Of a DNA stretch of 64,000 bases, positions 1 through 9,005 are shown piece after piece; position 1 is the first letter of the stretch; each line of letters begins with the position of its first letter. The position numbers and the translations under genes were made by a program. A model generated the notes under the pieces. That model was not told the DNA's origin, did not search any database, and was given only the letters and a program-made list of their open reading frames with translations. The DNA comes from an uncultured bacterium (lineage in GTDB: Bacteria > Chloroflexota > UBA5177 > JANWHV01). Location of the stretch: positions 128,001-192,000 of the forward strand of contig CAWHAE010000020.1 in the NCBI GenBank assembly GCA_963827235.1. Reading direction: 5' to 3'.

Positions 1-1048
1 CGGCCGCGGTCACGGCGTCGACGGTGGGCGCACGTCCTTCGACGATACTGCGTACGAACTCGTGTACCAGGTGAGGATGCGATCCTCCGTGCCCACCGCC
101 CTGGACGAACGAAAGGTGTGTGTCGAACGCGTTGTACACGCCGCGTTGCGTGAAGGGCGCGATCTCGGGCGGCAAAAGGTCGGGGCGGTCGGGAACGGTG
201 ACGCGCTCCACGCGGATTGGCCGGCCTCGTCCAGGCTGCAGCGGCTCCATGCTGAAGACTACCGGCTGCTCTTCCTCGATCTGCTGCCACTCAAACGAGC
301 ACCTTTCGCCGTACACCGAAAAGCACTCGGTGTAGGCGTGCGCCGTGTGAAAGAGCGTCCGCGTGACCTCGAGCGCCGTACTGGTGCCTTCGAGGTTGAA
401 GATCGCCGTCTCCGCCGGGTACGGATTGCCGTGCTGGCTGCGCAGCTCCTCGCGCATTTCGCCGGATCCGCAACAGTGAACTCGCCGGGCCCGGGTGCCG
501 GACAGGCGCAGCAACGGCGAGATGGCGTGCGTGGCATAGTGCATTGGCGGCAGTCCCATCCAGTAGCTCGGCCAGTTCTCCATGTCCTGGTAGTGCGCGC
601 CGCGCAGCATCTGCAGCCGTCCGATCTCGTCGCGGGCCATCATCGCCTGCACGAAGAGAAACTCGCGCGTGTAGACGGCGGTTTCCATCATCATGTAGTT
701 CTTGCCGGCCTGCCGTTGCGCCGCCACTATCCGGTGCAGGTCCTCGATCGACGTGGCCATAGGCACGGTGCACGCGCAGTGCTTCCCCGCTTGGAGAACG
801 GCGACGGCCTGATCGGCGTGCATGGGTATCGGCGTGACCAGGTGGATGGCGTCCAGGTCGTCCTGAAGCAGCCGGCCCAGATCCTGGAACCGGCCCTGCA
901 GCCCGTACCTGTCGCCCACGGCAGCCAGAACCGCGGCGCTCGAATCGCAGATCGCCACACTCTCCACGTCTGGATGGGCCAGGTAGATGGGCACGAACTC
1001 GGCGCCGAATCCCAGCCCTGCGACGCCAATGCGCAGTCTACTTCGCAT
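1..1048 (-). CDS. Gfo/Idh/MocA family NAD(P)-dependent oxidoreductase (partial, runs off the left edge)
   Basis: Not in the ORF track because no stop lies inside the window. Read manually from ATG 1048 (GGAGG upstream): MRSRLRIGVAGLGFGAEFVPIYLAHPDVESVAICD, a Rossmann start, later GKHCACTVPMA and YMMMET. ORF 62..1084(+) is its antisense shadow. Confidence 0.85.
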   Translation of the reverse strand, partial: MRSRLRIGVAGLGFGAEFVPIYLAHPDVESVAICDSSAAVLAAVGDRYGLQGRFQDLGRLLQDDLDAIHLVTPIPMHADQAVAVLQAGKHCACTVPMATSIEDLHRIVAAQRQAGKNYMMMETAVYTREFLFVQAMMARDEIGRLQMLRGAHYQDMENWPSYWMGLPPMHYATHAISPLLRLSGTRARRVHCCGSGEMREELRSQHGNPYPAETAIFNLEGTSTALEVTRTLFHTAHAYTECFSVYGERCSFEWQQIEEEQPVVFSMEPLQPGRGRPIRVERVTVPDRPDLLPPEIAPFTQRGVYNAFDTHLSFVQGGGHGGSHPHLVHEFVRSIVEGRAPTVDAVTAA

Positions 1049-1265
1049 CTGACGGCCTCCTTCCCGAGGCTTCTCACGGCATAGTACCCGACGGCGACAT
1101 GCTGCCCGCCTCGTCCGTGTGCTCTACGAGGCGTGCGAAGTGCTCGCGGTCCGGCTGCGATCGGTTCCTCCACGAGCGCGCCGCGGAGGCTCGAAAGGTA
1201 CGGCACCCCCCTTTACGCCCGAGCCGCCTGCCATGCGTTTCTCCGGCGGCCGGGCCACGTTGCTG

Positions 1266-3581
1266 CTAGACGTCGACCTCGATGCGATGCGCGCCGGCAT
1301 GCGGCAGAATCCTCACGCCGTTCTCGCTCGCCTCATGTCGCGCTCCCCGCACGGCGGTCACCGAGCGCACGCCGCGGAGCACGATCGTCCACGGTTTACC
1401 GGCGCCGGTGGCTTCGACGGCGATCCGCCGTCCCTTCCGTGTGCAGGTGACCCGCAGGTCCTCCTGGCCGGTTGGGCCGCTCACCGTGGTCGTTGCCTGA
1501 GCACCGTCCTGCAAGGCAAAGAGGTGAAGCTCGACGTCCGAGGCGAAGTCGTAGTCGGGCCTGGCGTCAACGCTGCCCAGGGCTACTAGGCTCCCCGGCC
1601 GGACGTAGACCGGCAGGCTGAAGTAGCCGTGGTGCTCGTGCCGCCACGTTCCGCCCTGTACCTGCTCGCCGGTGAAGAAGCTCGTCCACGTGCCCTCAGG
1701 CAGGTAGAACGAGACGGAGCCGCCCGGCGAGAAGACCGGCGCTACCAGGAGCGAGCCGCCCAGCATGTACTGCCGATCGAGGTAATCGCAGGCAGGATCG
1801 CCCTCGAATTCCAGTACCATGGCGCGCAGCACCGGCAGTCCGCTCTGCGTGGCTTCCATGGCGGCAGCGTACAGATAGGGCATCAGCCGGCACTTGAGCT
1901 TGACGAAATAGCGCAGAACGCCAACCGACTCTTCGTCGAAGAGCCAGGGCACGCGGTAGGAACTCATACCGTGCAGGCGGCTGTGGCTCGAGGTCAGACC
2001 GAAGGCGATCCAGCGCTTGTAGAGGTCCGGCGTGGCCGTGCCCTCGAAACCACCGATATCGTGGCTCCAGAAGCCGAAGCCGGAAAGACCGAAGGAAAGG
2101 CCGCCTCGCAGGGTCTCGGCCATCGATGAGTATTGCGATCCGCAGTCGCCGCCCCACTGAATGGGGAAGCGCTGGCTTCCCACGGTCGCCGATCGCCCGA
2201 AGATGACTGCCCTGCCGGCACCGTGCGCGCGCTCCAGCATGTCGAAGACGGTCTGGTTGTAGAGCAGGGCGAAGTAATTGTGCATCTTGACCGGGTCGGA
2301 GCCGTCGTGGTAGACGACGTCGACCGGGATACGCTCGCCGAAATCGGTCTTGAAGCAGTCGATACCTATCTGCACGAGGCGGCGCAGTTTGTCTGCATAC
2401 CAGGTGCAGGCCACTGGGTTGGTGAAGTCGACCACACCCATGCCCGGTTGCCAGAGATCGGTCTGCCACACGTCGCCGTTCGGCGTTTTCAGGAGATAAC
2501 CGTGCTCGGCACCCTCGTCGAACATAGGCGACTGCTGCGCAACATAGGGATTTACCCACAGGCAGAGCCGTATCCCGCGTTCCTTGAGCCTCCGGATCAT
2601 GCCCTCAGGGTCCGGGAAGGTCCTGCGATCCCACTCGAAATCGCACCACTGGAAGGGCCTCATCCAGTAGGGATCGAAGTGGAAAACGCTGAGCGGAATG
2701 TCCCGCTCCAGCATACCGTCGACGAAATGGGATACCGTGGCCTCGTCGTAGTCCGTGGTGAAGGAAGTGGAGAGCCAGAGTCCGAAGCTCCAGGCCGGCG
2801 GCAGCGCGGGCCGGCCGGTTAGCGCCGTGTAGTTGGACAGCACTTCCTTCAGGCATGAACCGCCTATCACGAGATAGTCCAGGCTTTCGCCGGTCACACT
2901 GAACTGCATCTTGGCGACGCGTTCAGTACCCACTTCAAAGGTCACGTTCTCGGGATGGTTGACGAGCACGCCGTAGCCGCGGTTGGTCATGTAGAACGGT
3001 ATGTTCTTGTATGCCTGGTCGGAAACGGTGCCACCGTCTCGATTCCACATCTCGACGCTCTGCCCGTTCTTGACGAACGCCGTGAAACGCTCCCCAAGGC
3101 CGTAGGCACACTCGCCAACAGCCAGCTCGAGCTGCTCGCGCATGAACGGTCCCTGGTCGTCCGTGAGCACATATGCCAGGTTCCCTACCGCGCTTTCGGT
3201 CAACAGCCGCCCGTCGTAGAGAAAGGTCATCCGCCAGCACTGCTTGTCGATCCTGGTCTCAAGCTTTCCGCTCTTCAGCACGAGCGATGTCTCCGTCTCG
3301 CTGGTCTGCGCTCGCGTGCCGGACCCGGCAATATTGAAGTGCGGGCCGCGGACCCGCATGCCCTTGAAGTGGCAGAGCTGGATTCTGACCACTCCCGGCA
3401 GCGGTGAGGTCACGCGCACGCCGATCTGGGGCACGTTGTCGATGGTGCCTCGCTCGGGCAGGTGCTGGGTCGAGGCAAAGAGCGTCAGGCTGTCCTGCCC
3501 AATCACCCAATCTCGGGCTTCCGCGGCCTGATAGATACGGACACCAGCCCGCGCCTGCCAGACCCCATCTGTGAATTTCAT
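1266..3581 (-). CDS. yicI: Alpha-xylosidase, GH31 (YicI-like)
   Basis: 771 aa; MKFTDGVW start, YGLGERFT, WLSTSFTTDYDE, catalytic FKTDFGE and WSHDIGGF, SHSRLHG. Confidence 0.92.
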   Translation of the reverse strand: MKFTDGVWQARAGVRIYQAAEARDWVIGQDSLTLFASTQHLPERGTIDNVPQIGVRVTSPLPGVVRIQLCHFKGMRVRGPHFNIAGSGTRAQTSETETSLVLKSGKLETRIDKQCWRMTFLYDGRLLTESAVGNLAYVLTDDQGPFMREQLELAVGECAYGLGERFTAFVKNGQSVEMWNRDGGTVSDQAYKNIPFYMTNRGYGVLVNHPENVTFEVGTERVAKMQFSVTGESLDYLVIGGSCLKEVLSNYTALTGRPALPPAWSFGLWLSTSFTTDYDEATVSHFVDGMLERDIPLSVFHFDPYWMRPFQWCDFEWDRRTFPDPEGMIRRLKERGIRLCLWVNPYVAQQSPMFDEGAEHGYLLKTPNGDVWQTDLWQPGMGVVDFTNPVACTWYADKLRRLVQIGIDCFKTDFGERIPVDVVYHDGSDPVKMHNYFALLYNQTVFDMLERAHGAGRAVIFGRSATVGSQRFPIQWGGDCGSQYSSMAETLRGGLSFGLSGFGFWSHDIGGFEGTATPDLYKRWIAFGLTSSHSRLHGMSSYRVPWLFDEESVGVLRYFVKLKCRLMPYLYAAAMEATQSGLPVLRAMVLEFEGDPACDYLDRQYMLGGSLLVAPVFSPGGSVSFYLPEGTWTSFFTGEQVQGGTWRHEHHGYFSLPVYVRPGSLVALGSVDARPDYDFASDVELHLFALQDGAQATTTVSGPTGQEDLRVTCTRKGRRIAVEATGAGKPWTIVLRGVRSVTAVRGARHEASENGVRILPHAGAHRIEVDV

Positions 3582-3628
3582 GGTCAGCGAGCCTTCCTAC
3601 TGCACGCTGCGAGCAACGGCGTCGATAC

Positions 3629-3642
3629 ACGACACGCGTTGA
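3629..3642. promoter_or_regulatory. Degenerate copy of the putative LacI operator upstream of yicI
   Basis: ACGACACGCGTTGA matches the palindrome TCAACACGTGTTGA (5121-5134) at 11/14 positions; about 50 bp upstream of the yicI start. Confidence 0.45.
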
Positions 3643-3719
3643 GTAGACCGCCGAGAATGCCGGAGCGATGGATCGCGAGGCCGATCCTGCCGCTGCGCCC
3701 ACCCGATGAGATCCACGAG

Positions 3720-4754
3720 TTATGCCGTTGCTCTCTGGATCAGCTCGAGCTGTACGGTCTCTACGATGCACTCGCTCCCGCTCGCCCGCACGGCGCGCAG
3801 GATAAGCGAGGCGGCTCGGCGACCCAGCTCGGCGAATGGGATCCGCACCGTCGTGAGCGGAAGCAGGAGCTCCTGGGCGAACGGAATGTCGTCGAAACCG
3901 ACCACTGCCATGTCGGCCGGTATCCTTCGACCTCTGTCGCGAAGCACGTCGATGGCGCCGAGTGCCAGCTGGTCGTTGGCCGCGAATACTGCCGTCGGAT
4001 GCTGGTCGAGCGTCAGCAGCACCTCCATGGCCGCTATGCCGTACGATGAGGTCCAGCCGCCTCCCTGGATGAGGTCCACGTCCACGGGCAGGGCCGCCGC
4101 CGCCATGGCTCGCTTGTAGCCGTTGGCTCGGTGCAGAGACGACACTTGTCGCGAGTCTCCGCGAATATGCGCTATCCGGCGATGGCCTTTGTGGATCAGG
4201 TACGAGGTGGCTTTGAAGGCAGCGCTCTCGTCGTCGTAGGTGACGGCACTGACGTTGAAGCGCGGCGCGCTTGGGCGCTCTACGGTGACGCAGGGTACGC
4301 CCGCGGACACTATAACTTCCAAGATGTCGTCCGTCACCGGTGGGTCCTGTGCCAGGCGGAGGACCAGCCCGTCGACGCGCCCGCTGTGGAGCAGCTCAAC
4401 CAGGCCGGATAGATCCTCGCCCGTGCCTATCCAGTATGGGAGCATGTAGTGGCGCTGCTCCTGCAGGGCCCGGCTCAGGCCGGTGAGAACGCCCGCGTTG
4501 TAGGGCGAGGCGAACGAGTAACGAGGAGAGTAGTCGTAGTAGACAAAGGCAATCGTGCGCGTGCGCTGCATGCGCAGGTCGCTTGCCGAAGCGCTCGGAT
4601 GGTATGACAGGGCCTCAATCGCCGCGAGCACGCGGTCTCGTGCCTCGGGAGATGCCGCGCGAGGGCCTCCATTGACAACGTAGGAGACGACGGCAGGCGA
4701 CACACCGGCGAGCGTCGCCACGTCTCGACGCGTAGCACGCTTCTTCTCCCCCAT
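3720..4754 (-). CDS. LacI family transcriptional regulator
   Basis: HTH ATRRDVATLAGVSPAVVSYVVNG; sugar-binding domain with FAANDQLALG, VVGFDD, LTTV. Start trimmed to MGEKKR (ATG 4754). Confidence 0.93.
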   Translation of the reverse strand: MGEKKRATRRDVATLAGVSPAVVSYVVNGGPRAASPEARDRVLAAIEALSYHPSASASDLRMQRTRTIAFVYYDYSPRYSFASPYNAGVLTGLSRALQEQRHYMLPYWIGTGEDLSGLVELLHSGRVDGLVLRLAQDPPVTDDILEVIVSAGVPCVTVERPSAPRFNVSAVTYDDESAAFKATSYLIHKGHRRIAHIRGDSRQVSSLHRANGYKRAMAAAALPVDVDLIQGGGWTSSYGIAAMEVLLTLDQHPTAVFAANDQLALGAIDVLRDRGRRIPADMAVVGFDDIPFAQELLLPLTTVRIPFAELGRRAASLILRAVRASGSECIVETVQLELIQRATA

Positions 4755-5119
4755 CACCTGCTCCGCTCCACTCCCTGCAGCATCCATGCTTCCCGAGACC
4801 AACGCGAGCCGGGCCGCCCGTTCGAGCGCTCCCGGCTGGCACGGCACCCGGCTATCCGGCACCATCTACCGGCCGAGGCTGCCAACCAGATGCCGCACCC
4901 GTGCACTGCCGGCTCTGCGCGCTCGGAATCACGGCTGTGCCTACGGTTGCCACGTGCCACGCCCGCCACTCTCCTCGCACGATCTGCTGCGGCACTGAAG
5001 GTGGTTCTCGACCACCGCAGTCGTCGCGGCACGGTCACACGTGGGATCGTGCCAGGCTGGTTGGCTCGTGTGCCTGTACCCGTAGCCGCGGGTACCGTGC
5101 GCAGCCCCACTATACATCA

Positions 5120-5159
5120 ATCAACACGTGTTGACAACACGTGTTGATCTGCGTATACT
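5120..5159 (+). promoter_or_regulatory. Sigma70-type promoter overlapped by tandem palindromic operators
   Basis: TTGACA 5131-5136, 17 bp spacer, TATACT 5154-5159. Palindromes TCAACACGTGTTGA (5121-5134) and CAACACGTGTTG (5135-5146) straddle the -35. Confidence 0.8.
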
Positions 5160-5685
5160 ACGGCCAGTTCAGGACTGAGTCCCGTCGCCGCGGGTATGTC
5201 TCGGAAGGGCGCAGAGCGGTGTGCGGCAGTACTGCGATTGGCCGGTTGCAGGAGGCGCGTGGATGGCGCTCGAGCGGGGGGACATGGTGGTCCGGAGATA
5301 CGCGGCCCGCGAGGAGCCGCCGGCGGCGCTCGCGCTCGCCGGCACTCTGCGCGGTTAGTTGTCCGCAGGACCACATCTATTCCGTCGCTCAAATCGATTT
5401 GAAGATCGATGGCGCGTGTCCCTCGTGTCGCTTGGGCCCCAGTGGGCGTCCGGGGCAGTGCAACAGGCTGCGGCTGAGAGGAGGTGATTACCCGGCCGAA
5501 GATCGTGAATGCAGCGTGTCGATGTGACTGGCTCGGACCTGAGCGCTCTGGCCAAGGGCGCGTCCTTCGTGAGCGGCGGGTCGTATGATCCGGCCGCGGC
5601 GGTCAATGGTGAATCAGCTGAGGCAAGGCATCGTCCACAATCGCGTGAACCAGGTTACACGGGCTGAAGACTGGAGATTCCTGTA

Positions 5686-6999
5686 ATGAGCAATGACAAG
5701 CGCCTCTCTCGACGAAGTTTTCTTGGCACGGGTGCCAAGGTTGGGGCGGGACTGGCCCTGGCGAGTGCCGGTCTCGATCTGTCTGCTCGAGCATCGGAAG
5801 CGGCCGGCGGCGTCAACCTGACGTACATGGGCCTGGGCAATAATCCCGCTCCCTTCGACCACGCCCAGCAGAACTGCATGGCGCAGTTCAACGCGTCCCA
5901 CCCCGGCATCACCGCCAAGTACATTTCGGAACCGCCAGGGGAAGCCGATAACGGCCACAACAAGATGGTCACCCTGTTCTCGGCGCATGACGGCTCGGTT
6001 GACATTTTCGACTCGGACGTGATCTGGCAGGCCCAGTGGGCGCCGGCCGGCTGGGCGCAGCCGCTCGACAGCATCTTCCCGGCCTCCCTGCAGAAGCAAT
6101 ATGCACCGGGCATGATTTGGGCCGATACCATCGGCTCTCACATCTACGGTGTCCCGTGGCTGTTTGACGTCGGGCACCTGTTCTATCGCAAGGACATCCT
6201 GGACGCCGAGGGGCTCAAGCCGGCAGCCACCTGGCAGGAGCTGCATGACCAGGGCGTCATGCTGCTCAAGAAGTACCCCAAGATGATACCGTTCGTCGGC
6301 TGCTACCAGCCGGGTCAGCAGCTTATCTGCAACTTCATGGAGTACTCCTGGAGCGCCGGCGGCGACTTCCTCGATCCCAAGACAGGTGCTGTGATCTTCA
6401 ATAGCCCGCAGAACCTCCAGGCCCTGGAGATGATGATCAGCTACATTAAGGACAAGGTGGTGCAGCCGGGCATCACCACCATGGAGCTGGACGCCGGGCG
6501 CACGATCTTCAGCAGCGGCAACGCCATCTATCACCGCAACTGGAACTACGCCTACGCCGAGGCAGAGACGAATCCCAAGCTGACGGGCAAGATCGGGGTG
6601 GCGAACCCGCCGCACTTCTCCGGCTTCCCCTCCTACTCCTGTGCTGGCGGCTGGCAGTACGTGGTCAACGCGTATAGCAACCACGTCAAGGAGGCTATGG
6701 AGCTGGCCTTGTTCCTTGGCAGCTACAAGATGGAGGTCTACAAGACACTCCAGAGCGGCTGGAGCCCGGCATACATGTCGGCAAACAGCGACGCGTCAAT
6801 CGTGGCGAAGTATCCGTCGTTCCCGGTCCTGGTCGAGCAGGCCAAGATCGAGAAGTCGCGGCCCAAGACGCCGTTCTGGACGGAGATGTCGACCATCGGC
6901 GAACAAGAGCTTGTCAACGCCATGATCGGCAAGAAGACGCCTCAACAGGCGCTTAAGGACGCCCAGGGTAAGATCGAGGCAGTCCTAGCCGGCGCCTAG
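5686..6999 (+). CDS. Carbohydrate ABC transporter substrate-binding protein (CUT1) with Tat signal
   Basis: SRRSFL twin-arginine leader; DIFDSDVIW, LFYRKDIL, YHRNWNYA; precedes two permeases. Confidence 0.93.
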   Translation: MSNDKRLSRRSFLGTGAKVGAGLALASAGLDLSARASEAAGGVNLTYMGLGNNPAPFDHAQQNCMAQFNASHPGITAKYISEPPGEADNGHNKMVTLFSAHDGSVDIFDSDVIWQAQWAPAGWAQPLDSIFPASLQKQYAPGMIWADTIGSHIYGVPWLFDVGHLFYRKDILDAEGLKPAATWQELHDQGVMLLKKYPKMIPFVGCYQPGQQLICNFMEYSWSAGGDFLDPKTGAVIFNSPQNLQALEMMISYIKDKVVQPGITTMELDAGRTIFSSGNAIYHRNWNYAYAEAETNPKLTGKIGVANPPHFSGFPSYSCAGGWQYVVNAYSNHVKEAMELALFLGSYKMEVYKTLQSGWSPAYMSANSDASIVAKYPSFPVLVEQAKIEKSRPKTPFWTEMSTIGEQELVNAMIGKKTPQQALKDAQGKIEAVLAGA

Positions 7000-7035
7000 G
7001 CGCGAGCGCTAGGAAGCGCGAGTCCGTGCCGCACT

Positions 7036-7077
7036 GCGGGCGGTGATGCTGGCCAGCACGGCCGCATCACCGCCCGC
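7036..7077 (+). other. Strong intercistronic stem-loop after the binding-protein gene
   Basis: GCGGGCGGTGATGC (7036-7049) pairs perfectly with GCATCACCGCCCGC (7064-7077), plus inner GGCC/GGCC. No U-tract, so an mRNA-stabilising or processing hairpin is more likely than a terminator. Confidence 0.7.
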
Positions 7078-7107
7078 CAATGCGGACGCCAGCCGGAGGA
7101 GGAGTGC

Positions 7108-8079
7108 ATGGGCGAGAGTGTAGCACCGCCGGTCCTCGTGGAAGGCGGGCCGGTGCAGCCAAGCGGTGGCAGGATGCATCGGTGGACCCGGATACGCACG
7201 TACGGCCTGAATCGCCACCAGCTTGCCTGGGCGTTGTTCCTGCCGTCCGTGATCGTCTTGGTCGCCGTGCTGGCCTACCCGGCTGGGCGCACCATCTACA
7301 TGGGCATGACCACGGACCGGCTCGATGAGCCGTGGCTTGGCCAGCCGTTCACCTGGTTCCGGAACTACCACCTGTTGCAGCAGCAGCCGGATTTCTGGAA
7401 CTCACTGGAGATGTCCGCCTACTTCACGGTGGGCTGCGTCGTTGCCGAGTTCCTGCTCGGTATGATCGTGGCGCTGGTCGTGAACGAGTCGTTCCGCGGG
7501 CGTGGCCTGATGCGCGCGGCCATGCTGGTCCCATGGGCGATCCCTGTGGTGCTGTCTGCCCGACTGTTTCAATTCATGTATGACGTCGAGTATGGTCCAA
7601 TCACGTCGATACTGCGCGATCTTCACCTGATAGGTCCCACCTTCGACATTCTCGCCAGCGACACCTGGGCAATGCCGGCACTCATCTTCGCCGACGTCTG
7701 GAAGAACACGCCGTTCGTCGCCCTGCTGCTGCTGGCAGGCTTGCAGAGCATCCCATCTGACCTGTACGAGTCGGCCCGCGTGGACGGGGCAAATGCGCTT
7801 GGGCGCTTCACGAATATCACGTTGCCGCTCCTCCGCGGTAGCATTGCCATTGCCCTGCTCTTCCGTACCATCGGCGCATTCCAGACGTTCGACCTTCCCT
7901 ATGTGCTGACCCAGGGCGGTCCCGGCACCGACACGGAGGTGCTGTCGCTGCACGCCTATCGCACGCTCTTCTCCTACGTCAACTTCGGACTGGGCAGCGC
8001 CATGTCCACGGTGCTCGCACTGATCTGCATCATCGTGGCTGCCGTGTTGTCGCGCCAGCTGACGCTCGAGCAAGCCTGA
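7108..8079 (+). CDS. Carbohydrate ABC transporter permease (MalF-like)
   Basis: Multiple TM helices; EAA loop LYESARVDGA; ITLPLL. Confidence 0.93.
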   Translation: MGESVAPPVLVEGGPVQPSGGRMHRWTRIRTYGLNRHQLAWALFLPSVIVLVAVLAYPAGRTIYMGMTTDRLDEPWLGQPFTWFRNYHLLQQQPDFWNSLEMSAYFTVGCVVAEFLLGMIVALVVNESFRGRGLMRAAMLVPWAIPVVLSARLFQFMYDVEYGPITSILRDLHLIGPTFDILASDTWAMPALIFADVWKNTPFVALLLLAGLQSIPSDLYESARVDGANALGRFTNITLPLLRGSIAIALLFRTIGAFQTFDLPYVLTQGGPGTDTEVLSLHAYRTLFSYVNFGLGSAMSTVLALICIIVAAVLSRQLTLEQA

Positions 8080-8092
8080 GGAGGGCAGAGAG

Positions 8093-8989
8093 ATGGCAAC
8101 ACTCGTCGGCCAGACTGCCGGAAGCTCGGTGCGTACGCGCGGCAGCAGGCGCCATCAGAGAAACAGAGCATTGCGGCTCCTGCTGCTCTGGATACTCAAC
8201 GCGCTGTTCCTGCTGTTCTTCCTGTTCCCGTTCTACTGGCAGACTATCAGCTCGCTGAAACCGGACTCAGAGATTGAGCACATCCCCATCATGTGGGCGC
8301 CGAGCCGTCTTGATTTCAGCCACTACTACAACGTGTTTCACGCCCCGTACACGTATGGACAAGCAATCGTCAACAGTGTGATCGTGGCCACGGTCTCCAC
8401 AGCCATCGCCATGCTGCTGGGCACGCTCTCGGCATACGCTCTGGCACGACTGCCGCTTCCGGCCAAGCGCACTATCCTGGTGCTGGTGATTGTGATGGTG
8501 ACGTTCCCGGCCATTGCATTGGTGAGCTCGTTGTTCGTCTTCGAGCGCGACCTTGGCCTGACCAACACCTACTTTGGCTACTTCGTCCCTTACGTCACCT
8601 TCTCCTTGCCATTTGCCATCTGGGTGCTTACCAACTTCTTCCGCGACATTCCGGCCGAGCTCTCGGAGCAGGCGGAGGTTGACGGGTGCACGCCGGTGCA
8701 GTCACTGGTGCGCGTGATCCTGCCGCTGTCTGCGCCGGCGCTGGTGACCGCAGGGTTGCTGACCTTTATTGGGGCCTGGAACGAGTTCCTATTTGCCTTC
8801 ACGTTCATGAGCCAACCCACCATGTACACGGTACCGGTGGCGATGTACTTCTTCGGCGGCATCCACAACGTGCCCTGGGGCGAGCTGACGGCGGCCTCGG
8901 AGGTGACATCGCTGCCTATCGTAGCGCTCGTACTGATTTTCCAGCGACTTATCGTGCAGGGATTGACTGCTGGCTCTCTCAAGGGCTGA
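8093..8989 (+). CDS. Carbohydrate ABC transporter permease (MalG-like)
   Basis: EAA-like ELSEQAEVDG, WNEFLFA, C-terminal GLTAGSLKG. Confidence 0.93.
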   Translation: MATLVGQTAGSSVRTRGSRRHQRNRALRLLLLWILNALFLLFFLFPFYWQTISSLKPDSEIEHIPIMWAPSRLDFSHYYNVFHAPYTYGQAIVNSVIVATVSTAIAMLLGTLSAYALARLPLPAKRTILVLVIVMVTFPAIALVSSLFVFERDLGLTNTYFGYFVPYVTFSLPFAIWVLTNFFRDIPAELSEQAEVDGCTPVQSLVRVILPLSAPALVTAGLLTFIGAWNEFLFAFTFMSQPTMYTVPVAMYFFGGIHNVPWGELTAASEVTSLPIVALVLIFQRLIVQGLTAGSLKG

Positions 8990-9005
8990 GCGGCGGAAGG
9001 AGTTT

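Noticed and set aside
62-1084. 340-aa plus-strand ORF
   Set aside because: Antisense shadow of the minus-strand oxidoreductase that runs off the window edge.
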